A stretch of 25,081 nt of DNA from Acaryochloris thomasi RCC1774 (GCF_003231495.1 NZ_PQWO01000038.1:1-25081); one strand, 5' to 3'; shown: positions 1 through 8,706, counted from the stretch's first letter. Numbers and translations are program-made. Notes: generated by a model not told the origin, from the sequence alone.

Positions 1-123
1 AACTTTTTTGCCAAGATCAAGCAGTATCGGGCAATTGCCACACGCTACGATAAACGAGCCGTCAATTTTCTAGGAGCTATTTACCTAGCAGCCTCTGTTA
101 TATGGCTTAATTGATGACACGCC
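1..123 (+). mobile_element. Right end of an IS5-family insertion sequence. It carries the last 37 codons of the DDE transposase (stop TGA 112-114, second TGA 115-117) and a few terminal bp.
   Basis: Frame 1 reads NFFAKIKQYRAIATRYDKRAVNFLGAIYLAASVIWLN*, the conserved C-terminal signature (RxIATRYDK...F...L.A..IWL) of IS5-family transposases. The host SDR reading frame resumes at about 121. CTAG at 124-127 fits the YTAR/TNA target preference of this family. The exact terminus is not determinable without the other end. Confidence 0.75.
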
Positions 124-900
124 CTAGACAAAGCCGAACAAGCAAAAAAGTCTATTCTCGCGAAAGTACCGGATGCAGACCTCGACATCATTGAGCTAGA
201 TCTCAGCAAACTATCCTCAGTCCGGGCGTTTGCCGACACCTATCGGCAGCAGTTCTCTCATCTGGATTTACTGATCAACAATGCTGGCATCATGATTCCG
301 CCCTATACAAAGACAGAAGATGGTTTTGAAAGCCAGATGGGCGTCAACCATTTGGGCCACTTTTTGCTGACGACTCTTTTAATTGATCTAATGCCCGATA
401 CCTCAGAGGCCAGAGTGGTTTCCCTCAGCAGCAACGCCCACAAGCTCGGGAAAATCAACTTTGATGATTTGCAATCAGAACGTAATTATTCTCGATTTTG
501 TGCTTACGCTCAGAGCAAATTAGCCTGTCTCATGTTTGCCAACGAACTGAGTCGCAAGCTAGTCGCTTCAGACCGCCAAACGCTGTCCGTCTGCGCCCAT
601 CCTGGTGGCTCCGATACCGAACTCAGCCGACATATGTCTACAGGCACCATTAAGCTACTGAAGCTGAGTGGCTTATCTTTGATCACCCACTCTCCGGCAG
701 AGGCAGCCCAACCCACTCTATATGCAGCGTTGGCCCCCGATGTTAGCGGCGGGGACTATTTTGGTCCCCAGGGCTTCTTAGAAATGAGCGGAAAACCTGG
801 CAAAGTATCTCAGTCAAACTCAGCACAGAACCGAGGCGTGGCTCAACAACTATGGGAGACCTCCGAAGATCTCACTGGAGCAGCAGATCTTTGCAGATAA
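121..900 (+). pseudogene. 5'-truncated classical short-chain dehydrogenase/reductase (retinol-dehydrogenase/WWOX-like), lacking the Rossmann TGxxxGxG region.
   Basis: The in-frame translation from 121 reads ALDKAEQAKKSILAKVPDADLDIIELDLSKLSSVRAFADTYRQQFSHLDLLINNAGIM... It then continues through NNAG, SLSS and YAQSK (catalytic YxxxK) to the stop at 898-900. No upstream glycine-rich cofactor loop exists, because the frame runs directly into the IS transposase stop codons. The track ORF 292..900 is only the part after an internal Met. Confidence 0.75.
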
Positions 901-1410
901 AGAGTAGATTCACCATCTGAAAATCCCCACTCATTCGATTGACTCTCTACCGCTAAAAGATTTCATCTGCTTGCCGCTTCGAGCAGATTGACGCAAGCGG
1001 TATATTCACAGATTGCTAGAGTTTAATCATCATTGATTAAGAATTATAAACAAGCGCATATTTCGCTCGCCTCTCATTGATATGAAGCTTGGGTATGCAA
1101 ACAGTCGGGAGCTATTTCTCTACAGGGAAAAATGCTCCTAATAATGCATGAATTCAACTGACTTGTGATTGTCTCCAGAATTTCATTAGCGGCTATGACT
1201 AAAGGATATTTTTCACACTCATTTCTGCAGAATGTACTCAAAATCCTACTCTCGACCCTCGGCATATGGATAGGGCGGGAGGCTTTTTTATCCTCCGTTT
1301 CTGCCCAAATCCTCCTACGTCCGTTGATTTTACCGAGTCTTAACACCGAAAGCCCTGACTATTATTTTGACTTCAGTGAAGACATCTTCCTAAAAAAAAC
1401 TGCCGAAGGA

Positions 1411-1686
1411 TGCGTTCCAGGGAAATTCGTTCATATAGGAAGAGGCGGCTTGCCTCCAAGACCAACAGACGTCTTGACTTTCCCAGCGGTTTGGCATGAC
1501 TTACGCCAATTGCCCCGACCCTTTAAAAAAGTAGAGCAGCGTAAGCTGCAAAAGAATGTCATACCGGCGGCAGAGATTCCTATTGAAGCCCAAAATTGGC
1601 AAGCTCAAGCAAATAAACAGCTAGCACTAATTACGCCGAACCCGAAGTCAGAATTTTCCGCCCTAGATGATACAAGTACCTGTTAA
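1411..1686 (+). pseudogene. Orphan C-terminal tail fragment resembling cyanobacterial filamentous-haemagglutinin-type (two-partner-secretion) exoproteins.
   Basis: The 3' part of track ORF 1165..1686 reads CVPGKFVHIGRGGLPPRPTDVLTFPAVWHDLRQLP...IPIEAQNWQAQANKQLALITPNP...DDTSTC*. The motifs xFxxxGRGGLPxxPxxxL...VWxDLR and xxEAQGWxxxxxGxxxLxx, ending in a terminal Cys, are what I recall from the extreme C-termini of large cyanobacterial FHA-family proteins. No haemagglutination domain or repeats lie upstream. The 5' part of the ORF (GTG 1165 onward) is AT-rich and looks non-coding. Confidence 0.4.
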
Positions 1687-2435
1687 TAGGAATAGGGATT
1701 TCGGGGTTCTGGAATGGGCTTGAGGGAATCAGCCACGATCACAAGCTGCCGTTTGCTGTCTAGGGTTTCAGTCTGCATCTGCCCCTTGACAGCAAACCAT
1801 TGGTCGATGGGGTAAGCTTTGCGATCTGCCTTGAGCTTTACGGGTAAACCAATTGGATAGGCATCTGCCGCACAGCAGGTAATGGCAAATCGGGCCAGGG
1901 TCAGATAAGTATCAGGCAAGTTGTCAGGATACACGACGAAACCCTCAACATTCACTTTCTGGCCTTGATAGGCATCAGGTTCAGGGTAGACATCCAGGGT
2001 ACGGACCCAGTCGAGGAGCGTTCTTGATTCGGGATTACTCTCGGTGCGAAAGGCCTGGGGATTGGCCCGAGTCACCACCGTTGTATCTTGCAGTCCCCGT
2101 TGAATCGCTGTCTGACTCGCAAACGGTCTCAGCGGAACAAGAAAGCCCACTAGGGCTGACACCAGCAAAATGATGCTCAGCCACTGGGGAGACAAAAATG
2201 AAAAATGCTGCATTCTCACTCCTTGGGGCTGTCGCCACAGCTTCAGCCCCTGGAAGATCGCTACGATCACCATAAAGAAACCACCACCAATGGTGAGGGC
2301 AAAATAGTTAGGGTGAATCAAAATTCCGAGCCTGCCAGAGATCCAGAATTTGATTAGTAAGGAACCCCAGGCTGCCATTGCCACCACCGTCAGCCAATCC
2401 GTTATTTTGATCCAGGGGAATGATTTAACTGTCAT
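1683..2435 (-). CDS. TIGR03943/DUF1980 (YcgQ-like) membrane protein, putative second subunit of a two-component permease.
   Basis: 250-aa ORF with three N-terminal hydrophobic helices and a soluble C-terminal domain carrying the ITCCAADAYPIG (CCxxD) motif typical of this family. It starts 15 bp downstream of the UPF0718 permease gene on the same strand, which is the canonical gene pair. Confidence 0.75.
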   Translation of the reverse strand: MTVKSFPWIKITDWLTVVAMAAWGSLLIKFWISGRLGILIHPNYFALTIGGGFFMVIVAIFQGLKLWRQPQGVRMQHFSFLSPQWLSIILLVSALVGFLVPLRPFASQTAIQRGLQDTTVVTRANPQAFRTESNPESRTLLDWVRTLDVYPEPDAYQGQKVNVEGFVVYPDNLPDTYLTLARFAITCCAADAYPIGLPVKLKADRKAYPIDQWFAVKGQMQTETLDSKRQLVIVADSLKPIPEPRNPYSY

Positions 2436-2450
2436 TTCAATATCCTCCGC

Positions 2451-3455
2451 TCAGCTAATCCAGAGATTGATTGCTAGCGTAAACAAAAAGGTCAACTGCA
2501 GAATCAGCACAAAAATATAAACGACGGCCCGTGTTTTGAACACCGTCAGCAACAGGCCCAAACTCTTCAGGTCAAACATGGGACCAAACACCAGAAAAGC
2601 TAGCAGTGCGCCGCCGGTAAAGGTGGAGGCAAAGGACAAAGCAAAGAACGCATCCACAGTGGAGCAAATCGAAATCACGCCGCCCAGGGTGATCATAGAG
2701 ACAATCGATGACACCGGACCTTGGCCTAGGCTCAAGACAATCTCGCGGGGCACTGCCACTTGAATGATGGTTGCCAGCGCACTGCCCAGAACCAGGATGG
2801 CTCCCATTTCGCGCAATTCCTGGATGGTGTTTTCAATGAAAAGGGGAATGCGATCGCGCACCGAAAGTTTTGCTGCCGGATTCGCCGCCAGCACTGACTG
2901 CAGATTGGTGGTATCGAGTTCGATGGGCTGACCGGGTTGACCCAGTAAAAACGTGCCTGTTCTGAGCAGTGCAGGTTTATCGTCTTGATCTGATTTGGGC
3001 ATGGCCGCAGCGATGGTGGGCTGCAAAAAGGGTTTGAGGTCAGCTTGGCTGCTAAAGACGAGGGCGATGATGGTTGCTATTGCCAGTGAAAATACCACCC
3101 GCAGCACCACCAGTTCAGGCTGATCTCGAAATGCGGTCCAGGTAGCCCAAATCACCACCGGATTAATAGTGGGAGCCGCCAGCAGGAACCCAATAGCCAC
3201 CGGGGCTGAGACCCCTTGCATAATCAGCCGCCGCGCCACCGGCACATTGCCGCATTCACACACCGGAAAGAGAAAGCCAAACAGGCTACCCGATAACGCT
3301 CCCAGTAGGGGATTCTTGGGGAAAAGTGTAATCAGCTTCTGTTCATCGACGAACAGCAATAGCAGACCCGACACTACGACGCCAAAAATTAGAAAGGGCA
3401 TCGCCTCAGCCAGCAAACTGAAAAAGAGTGTCAATGCACTCCCAAACTGCTCCAT
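2451..3455 (-). CDS. UPF0718/COG0701 (YraQ/ArsP-like) multi-pass permease.
   Basis: 334-aa highly hydrophobic ORF with about 8-10 predicted helices. It has the PVCECGNVPVARRL motif characteristic of the family and is paired with the downstream TIGR03943 gene. Confidence 0.75.
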   Translation of the reverse strand: MEQFGSALTLFFSLLAEAMPFLIFGVVVSGLLLLFVDEQKLITLFPKNPLLGALSGSLFGFLFPVCECGNVPVARRLIMQGVSAPVAIGFLLAAPTINPVVIWATWTAFRDQPELVVLRVVFSLAIATIIALVFSSQADLKPFLQPTIAAAMPKSDQDDKPALLRTGTFLLGQPGQPIELDTTNLQSVLAANPAAKLSVRDRIPLFIENTIQELREMGAILVLGSALATIIQVAVPREIVLSLGQGPVSSIVSMITLGGVISICSTVDAFFALSFASTFTGGALLAFLVFGPMFDLKSLGLLLTVFKTRAVVYIFVLILQLTFLFTLAINLWIS

Positions 3456-3553
3456 TCAATTCCGTCCAGACATTGCGGAAACTCCAGAGTCTAGGTTAGC
3501 GCAACGGCAACCCATGAAGCGCAGCAGGGCTGAGAGGTGAGCACGAACTTTCA

Positions 3554-4960
3554 TTAGGGCACCCATTGGGGCTTTAGACCTGCCGCAATTCTCTGAGGGA
3601 CTGACGTTGACTCAGCTTCTTTTGATAGGGGTAATAACCAGAGCTGACTCTCTGTGATCGTTTGACCGAAAATGTTCTGTACGACGCTGGGATGGGGCTG
3701 ATCCGTGACGGTTATTTCTTCATAGAGCAGCCCTGAACGATCGGGAGCCAAACTAAAATGCCCCGTGGCTTGTCCAGGAAATGTTTTCAGGATTCGTGGT
3801 TGACCACCTTCGAGTTCAATGGCGCTCAGATGCAGGTCAGACCGAAACCCCTGTTCAGGGTTGAATTGAGAATAGAGACAGTAAACAGTCTTGGTCTGCG
3901 AATCGAGCTGAGCATCAAAGAAGACGCCTGTGGTCGTTAGCAGTTGTTGCGCCGAGCCATTGTTGGGGACTAAGAATAGAGAACGTGTCGAATCTGAATT
4001 GTATTTGACCATCAGTGCTGACGATCCGTCCCTTGTAAAGCTAATGGCATGATGGAAATTCGGTAAAAACCGCGTAGGTTGTTGAGAAGACTGGGGCGAA
4101 AGGGCTAAAACCGCGAGTCCTTGATTTTGACTGACGGCTACAGTTTGACCATCAGGTGTAATCAACACGTCACTATCTACATTCTTATTCGTGACGAATT
4201 GAGGTGTTCCGTCGGCATCTAATGTCCAGAGACTGACTTGGCCGTCTTTGCTGCGATCGAAACGCTGAACAATGGTCGTCTTGCCGTCTAAAGTCACGTC
4301 AAATTTGAGGATCTGATATTGGGTATTATCGAGCAACAGTTTGATCTGTCCTGGTGCTTCGAGCAACACCGTATAGAGCTGAGCTTCAAAAATTGTTTGC
4401 TCCGGTTGGGTTCGATCGAGTGCTCTAAATAAGATGCGATCGCGACCTGGATCGACCCTAAAATCAAGCACGGTAAAATTGGGCGGCGTTAGCATCACCT
4501 GCGTGTTGCGGGTCAAATTTTTGAATATTAACCGCCCGTTCTCTTTTTCTGAAATGCCCAGGTAGACAAACGCCTTATCTCGACTGCGGAACGATCTCTC
4601 AAAGGTCTGCATCGTTTCGCCCTTGGTCCCTGTAGCCTGGGCCAGCATGAGTTGAAATTTCTGACCGTAGGGAATGGGCTGCGTCAGCGTATAGGCCAGT
4701 CGTCGGCCTGACCAGCTCATTTTGCCGGGGAGTGGTGGGCTAATGGTCAGATTCTCAGTAACGCTTTGCCAATTCATCGCGCGGTTGAAGGTCAAGGTAA
4801 AGGCCAGATCGTTGACCCCTACTCGCTGATTCTGCCAGCTAAAGTCTCGCACTTTAGGATAGGTGCGATCTCCACTTGCCAACACTAGGCCAATCAGGAG
4901 CGTGAGACAAAGGATCAACAACAATGCGACCCGATCTAGAGGCTGGAGTTTGTTCTTCAT
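3554..4960 (-). CDS. Membrane-anchored protein of unknown function (N-terminal helix, Ig-like domain, TolB-like beta-propeller region); paralog A.
   Basis: 468-aa ORF with the N-terminal anchor LLLILCLTLLIGLVLA. The region after it (FTLTFNRAMNWQSV...ISPPLPGKMSWSGRRLAYTL) looks like an SbsA/Big_5-type Ig-like domain. The C-terminal two thirds contains repeated xxSPDGxxxxF-like strands (ITPDGQTVAV, FTRDGSSALM, LAPDRSGLLY). It is collinear with ORF 6863..8278. The function assignment is weak. Confidence 0.6.
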   Translation of the reverse strand: MKNKLQPLDRVALLLILCLTLLIGLVLASGDRTYPKVRDFSWQNQRVGVNDLAFTLTFNRAMNWQSVTENLTISPPLPGKMSWSGRRLAYTLTQPIPYGQKFQLMLAQATGTKGETMQTFERSFRSRDKAFVYLGISEKENGRLIFKNLTRNTQVMLTPPNFTVLDFRVDPGRDRILFRALDRTQPEQTIFEAQLYTVLLEAPGQIKLLLDNTQYQILKFDVTLDGKTTIVQRFDRSKDGQVSLWTLDADGTPQFVTNKNVDSDVLITPDGQTVAVSQNQGLAVLALSPQSSQQPTRFLPNFHHAISFTRDGSSALMVKYNSDSTRSLFLVPNNGSAQQLLTTTGVFFDAQLDSQTKTVYCLYSQFNPEQGFRSDLHLSAIELEGGQPRILKTFPGQATGHFSLAPDRSGLLYEEITVTDQPHPSVVQNIFGQTITESQLWLLPLSKEAESTSVPQRIAAGLKPQWVP

Positions 4961-5020
4961 TGCTCACATATAGACGCCTGAAAATACTCTCCAGCAGGGG
5001 ATACAACAACTCTGTAGCAG

Positions 5021-5812
5021 CTACTGTTTCTCCATAGACTGCTGTGACATTTTCAGTAACATCTTGCGCGGGAGGAAAGGAACAAACCAGTTGATCAGGA
5101 AGCTCAGTCTTGCCTCATTGATTTTGACCAAATCGCCTTTGAACATGGCTTCATAGCCACACTTAGCAACGGATTCAGGAGATGCTGCATTGTTCCAGGT
5201 TGACGTCCCTTCAAGGTCACCAGCTTCAACAAATTCAGTAGCAACTGGCCCTGGACAAAGGGCCGTCGAGGTGACGTTCGTATCAGATAGTTCCTGAGCG
5301 ATCGCCTGAGAGAAAGAGACCACAAAGGCTTTTGTAGCATAGTAAACGGCCTGTAGGGGTCCTGGCAGAAAGCCTGCAGTCGATGCCACATGCAATATTT
5401 TTCCAGAATTGCGGCTTACCATTCCTTGCAAATACAGGTGCGTCAGGTTCACTAGAGAAACCATATTGACCTGCATCATGGCCTGATCTTGCGTAAGGTC
5501 TCGCTCGTGGAACTTCCCGTGGCCGCCGAAGCCCGCATTATTGATCAAAATATCGATTTGGATTCCAGATGCTTCCGTGGCTGCAAAGATTTTTTCAGCC
5601 GAATCAGGTTGGGCTAGGTCAGCAGCAATAACGGTTGCTTTGATACTGTGAGCGCTCTCCAGTTCGGATTTCAATTCGTTTAGGGCACTTTCACGACGGG
5701 CAACTAATACAAGATCCCCCCCCTGTGCTGCATGTAGGCGTGCGAGTTCGGCACCAATACCACTTGATGCGCCGGTCACGAGTGCAGTATTACCGACCAT
5801 TATTTTCTCCAT
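5021..5812 (-). CDS. Classical SDR-family oxidoreductase (COG0300/DltE-like) with a hydrophobic C-terminal tail.
   Basis: Motifs TGASSGIG, NNAG, S...YYATK (YxxxK) and PGPV are present. The start is placed at ATG 5812 (MEKIMVGNTALVTGASSGIG), with ATG 5800 as an alternative. The track start at 5914 adds 34 residues with no family counterpart. Confidence 0.85.
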   Translation of the reverse strand: MEKIMVGNTALVTGASSGIGAELARLHAAQGGDLVLVARRESALNELKSELESAHSIKATVIAADLAQPDSAEKIFAATEASGIQIDILINNAGFGGHGKFHERDLTQDQAMMQVNMVSLVNLTHLYLQGMVSRNSGKILHVASTAGFLPGPLQAVYYATKAFVVSFSQAIAQELSDTNVTSTALCPGPVATEFVEAGDLEGTSTWNNAASPESVAKCGYEAMFKGDLVKINEARLSFLINWFVPFLPRKMLLKMSQQSMEKQ

Positions 5813-5966
5813 GTTGTTTTGAACAAAATGATTCAAATGACTTAATGACCTAGCCAAAAGCTCGTGCGTTGAGGTTCTACTACCACCCAGCTTAGAAGAT
5901 GCGGGGAAGACCATTAAGCTATTAAGGGTTACGTTGACGTTAGGCCGTAGTTCCAGGACAACTCTG

Positions 5967-6833
5967 ATGGCACAATCACTTGAACTGGATGCTTACAAGC
6001 AAGGGGTTGCGGACTTCTATGATCGCAGAAGTCAAGGCTATGACGAGGGTGAGTGGCGTGTTCAAGTTTGCCATCGTCTGCTGGCATATTCGCCCGTTAG
6101 TATCGGGGAATCTGTTTTAGATATTGGGACAGGCACAGGCTGTGTTGCGATCGCATCCGCCAAAACCGTCGGTACTCAGGGACATGTCACTGGGGTAGAC
6201 ATCTCTCCTAGAATGCTGAAGCAAGCACACCGCAAAGTTACCGCATTAGGACTCAATAACGTCACGTTTCAACTGGCAGACGCTGAGACCCTCGACGACC
6301 CAGCCCATCAGTTTGATCATGTCCTGTGCGCCAACACATTCCCCTGGATGAAAAATAAAGCAGCGACATTACGCCTTTGGCATCGATTTCTCAAGCCAGG
6401 GGGTCGAATCGCGGTTCATACCCCTGCTGATACTGCATATGTGGGAGCCGTTGTTCTACGGAGAGTATTGGCAAGACACGGTCTTGCTCTAGAAGCCAGC
6501 AATCGGATGGGTTCAATTGATCAGTGTCGAACGTTATTTGAAAATGCTGGTTTTGAAGCTGTTGAACTCAAAACAGAGCAGCACGGAAGCTTCACCACCC
6601 TGGATAAAGCAAGAGCAACCTGGGAAAGCGTCGTTGTGAATCCTTCAGTTACCTCCCCGCAAGTAGCGAACGATGGGTTGTCGACTCTTTCCCAACCGCA
6701 ACTAGCGCGCATCAAAGCCGAGTTTGCTACAGAGCTAGAAACCCTCCAAACTGAGCAAGGAGTTTGGGATGATCTCACTACGCTGTATATCTTGGGCCGT
6801 AAACCTGTATATACAGAGATAGCGTCGTCCTAA
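5967..6833 (+). CDS. Class I SAM-dependent methyltransferase (Methyltransf_11/UbiE-like).
   Basis: Motif I is VLDIGTGTGCVA, post-I is VTGVDISPRML, motif II is FDHVLCANTF and motif III is LKPGGRIAV. The start is placed at ATG 5967 (MAQSLELD). The track start at 5934 is a TTG extension. Confidence 0.85.
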   Translation: MAQSLELDAYKQGVADFYDRRSQGYDEGEWRVQVCHRLLAYSPVSIGESVLDIGTGTGCVAIASAKTVGTQGHVTGVDISPRMLKQAHRKVTALGLNNVTFQLADAETLDDPAHQFDHVLCANTFPWMKNKAATLRLWHRFLKPGGRIAVHTPADTAYVGAVVLRRVLARHGLALEASNRMGSIDQCRTLFENAGFEAVELKTEQHGSFTTLDKARATWESVVVNPSVTSPQVANDGLSTLSQPQLARIKAEFATELETLQTEQGVWDDLTTLYILGRKPVYTEIASS

Positions 6834-6862
6834 GATAGACCCAGGCAACCCAAATAACAGAT

Positions 6863-8278
6863 ATGAAACGGCTTCAACCCCTTGACCGAGCAGCGATTTC
6901 ACTCATAACCATCTTCACGGTTTTGATAGTCTTGCTCTTGCTATCAGGAGATCGCACCGTTCCTCAGGTGCGGGACTTCAACTGGAACAATCAGCAAGTC
7001 GGCGCTGAGAACACGGCCTTTACGCTGGAATTCAACCGGACAATGGACTGGGAGCAAGTCGAAGAGAACCTGCAAATTACTCCCCCCTTGGAAGGGAAAG
7101 CGAGCTGGTCGGGTCGGCGTTTTGCCTATACCCTCACAGACCAAATGCCCTACGGGACTGAGTTTCAGGTACAGCTTGCTAATATCCTTGAAGCCAGTCG
7201 AGGCTCGCGCCATCAGCCAAAAGTGATGCAGCCCTTCACAGGGGAGTTTCAGAGTCGCGATCGCGCCTTCGTATACCTAGGTATAAACGGTGAAGAAGCG
7301 GGACGACTTATTTTGCGGAACCTTACCCAGGACGAGAAGACCGTTCTGACCCCCAAGAATCTATACGTCGTTGATTATCGTATATACCCATTGGGCGATC
7401 GCATCCTCTTCGCCGCCAACGATCTCAAAGTCCAAGAACAACAGGACTTCAACCCCCAGCTTTATACAGTGACCACTGGCCTCAAAATTGACGCCCCTGA
7501 TCTCCCTGCTACCCCCACCTCAGACCCCGGCAAAACCAAGCTGGTCCTTGATAACGAAAAATATCAAATCCTTAAGTTCGAGCTATCGCAAGATGGTGAG
7601 CGGATCGTTATCCAGCGATCATTAAGGCGAGGCGAAGGCTTAGGAGCCGTAGATCTTTGGCAGCTAACCAACGGTTCACTAAAGCAACTTGAAGGCGTGA
7701 CCGGTGGAGACTTTTTGATTGCCCCTGATAGCAACACCCTTGTAATTGCCCAAGGCGAAGGCATTGCCCTCCTCCCACTCGAAAAACAACAAACTGGCGA
7801 ACCTCTGGGCTTCTTACCTCAGTTTGGCGTCGTACTCAGCTTTGCCCCAGATGGAACGGCTGCCACCATGCTGAGATTTAACCCAGACTACAGCCGCTCT
7901 CTATTCTTGGTCACCAATCAAGGCATTCAAAAAGAGTTATTGAAAACAAAGGGATCGATTCTCAAAACTGCCTTTGGACCTCAAAAGCAGTTCCTTTACG
8001 GTCTACTCACCCAAGTTCAGCCCGGAGAAGAATATATCGAGAATCCTTATCTGGCTAAGATTGATTTAGAGTCAGGTCAGCTCACCCGGCTTCTCAACCT
8101 TTTGCCACAGGAGCGAACCAACATTAGTCTGGCCCCTGACGGTTCAGCCCTTCTCTTTGACCAAGTGAATACTGAAGGCGTTGAAGAGAGCAGTACGCTC
8201 AAGCTCCTTCCTTTAGACTCTGATAGCCAAGAACCGAATTTAGTCGCTGCTGGCTTAAATCCTCGCTGGCTCCCCTAA
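6863..8278 (+). CDS. Membrane-anchored Ig-like plus beta-propeller protein of unknown function; paralog B of 3554..4960.
   Basis: 471-aa ORF that aligns end to end with paralog A. Shared blocks: LQPLDR, SGDRTxPxVRDFxWxNQxVG, FTLxFNRxMxW, SWSGRRxAYTLT, SRDxAFVYLGI, GRLIxxNLT, DRILF, QLYTV, YQILKF, RSLFLV, SLAPDxSxLL, AAGLxPxWxP*. Confidence 0.6.
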   Translation: MKRLQPLDRAAISLITIFTVLIVLLLLSGDRTVPQVRDFNWNNQQVGAENTAFTLEFNRTMDWEQVEENLQITPPLEGKASWSGRRFAYTLTDQMPYGTEFQVQLANILEASRGSRHQPKVMQPFTGEFQSRDRAFVYLGINGEEAGRLILRNLTQDEKTVLTPKNLYVVDYRIYPLGDRILFAANDLKVQEQQDFNPQLYTVTTGLKIDAPDLPATPTSDPGKTKLVLDNEKYQILKFELSQDGERIVIQRSLRRGEGLGAVDLWQLTNGSLKQLEGVTGGDFLIAPDSNTLVIAQGEGIALLPLEKQQTGEPLGFLPQFGVVLSFAPDGTAATMLRFNPDYSRSLFLVTNQGIQKELLKTKGSILKTAFGPQKQFLYGLLTQVQPGEEYIENPYLAKIDLESGQLTRLLNLLPQERTNISLAPDGSALLFDQVNTEGVEESSTLKLLPLDSDSQEPNLVAAGLNPRWLP

Positions 8279-8289
8279 AGTCGTCTCTT

Positions 8290-8341
8290 TGTAATCTAAG
8301 ATTCTGGTGCTATTCTTTAACTGTACAGGTTTCAGGTACAA
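8290..8341 (+). promoter_or_regulatory. Putative sigma70-type promoter and operator of the TA operon.
   Basis: TTGTAA (8290-8295), a 16-nt spacer, then TATTCT (8312-8317). TGTACA (8323-8328) and GGTACA (8336-8341) follow with centres 13 bp apart, immediately before ATG 8344. TGTACA-core palindromes are the known YefM/YoeB operator motif in E. coli. Confidence 0.4.
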
Positions 8342-8343
8342 CT

Positions 8344-8706
8344 ATGCTGATCAGTAAAGCAGAGTCCGCTACGAACGCCCGTAAGGAATTCTTTAAAATC
8401 CTGGATGAGGTTGCCGAAGATAGTTCCGTTGTGATCGTGAAGCGTAAGGATGCGCCTAACGTTGCCATTCTGGCTGAGTCTGAGCTGAGTAGCCTAGTGG
8501 AGACAGTACATTTGTTGCGATCGTCCAAAAACGCTGAGCGATTATTCTCAGCTTTAGAAAAATCTCAGACTCGTGATCTAGATAGACCTGAGCAAATCGA
8601 TCATGAGCAGACACTAGCAGAACTGCGGCAATACTGTGAGCAAACGGAAGAAGCGGATACAGTCAACATCACCGGGAGCATTACCGCAGAGAGTTCCGAT
8701 CTTTGA
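8344..8706 (+). CDS. yefM: Phd/YefM-family antitoxin.
   Basis: The N-terminus SATNARKEFFKILDEVAEDSSVVIVKRKDAPNVAILAESELSSLVETVHLLRS matches the YefM/Phd fold consensus (ATEARxxFxxLLDEV...PVxIxRxG..AVLxSxxEYxSLxET). It sits directly upstream of and overlaps a YoeB gene. At 120 aa it is longer than typical members. Confidence 0.8.
   Translation: MLISKAESATNARKEFFKILDEVAEDSSVVIVKRKDAPNVAILAESELSSLVETVHLLRSSKNAERLFSALEKSQTRDLDRPEQIDHEQTLAELRQYCEQTEEADTVNITGSITAESSDL

Noticed and set aside
1074-1346. A 90-aa minus-strand ORF and the 5' half of ORF 1165..1686 could be real genes in the AT-rich spacer.
   Set aside because: Neither has recognisable motifs or a ribosome-binding site, both have odd composition, and they overlap each other. 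They are most likely non-coding.
5813-5914. Long N-terminal extensions occur in several track ORFs: SDR 5914, methyltransferase 5934, CHAT 9831, glgC 14498, PPOX 19412 and lyase 22243.
   Set aside because: Each has an internal ATG that restores the family-typical N-terminus or a signal peptide. Several of the extended starts are TTG or GTG codons. Starts were trimmed accordingly; the 9831 versus 9894 choice remains the least certain.
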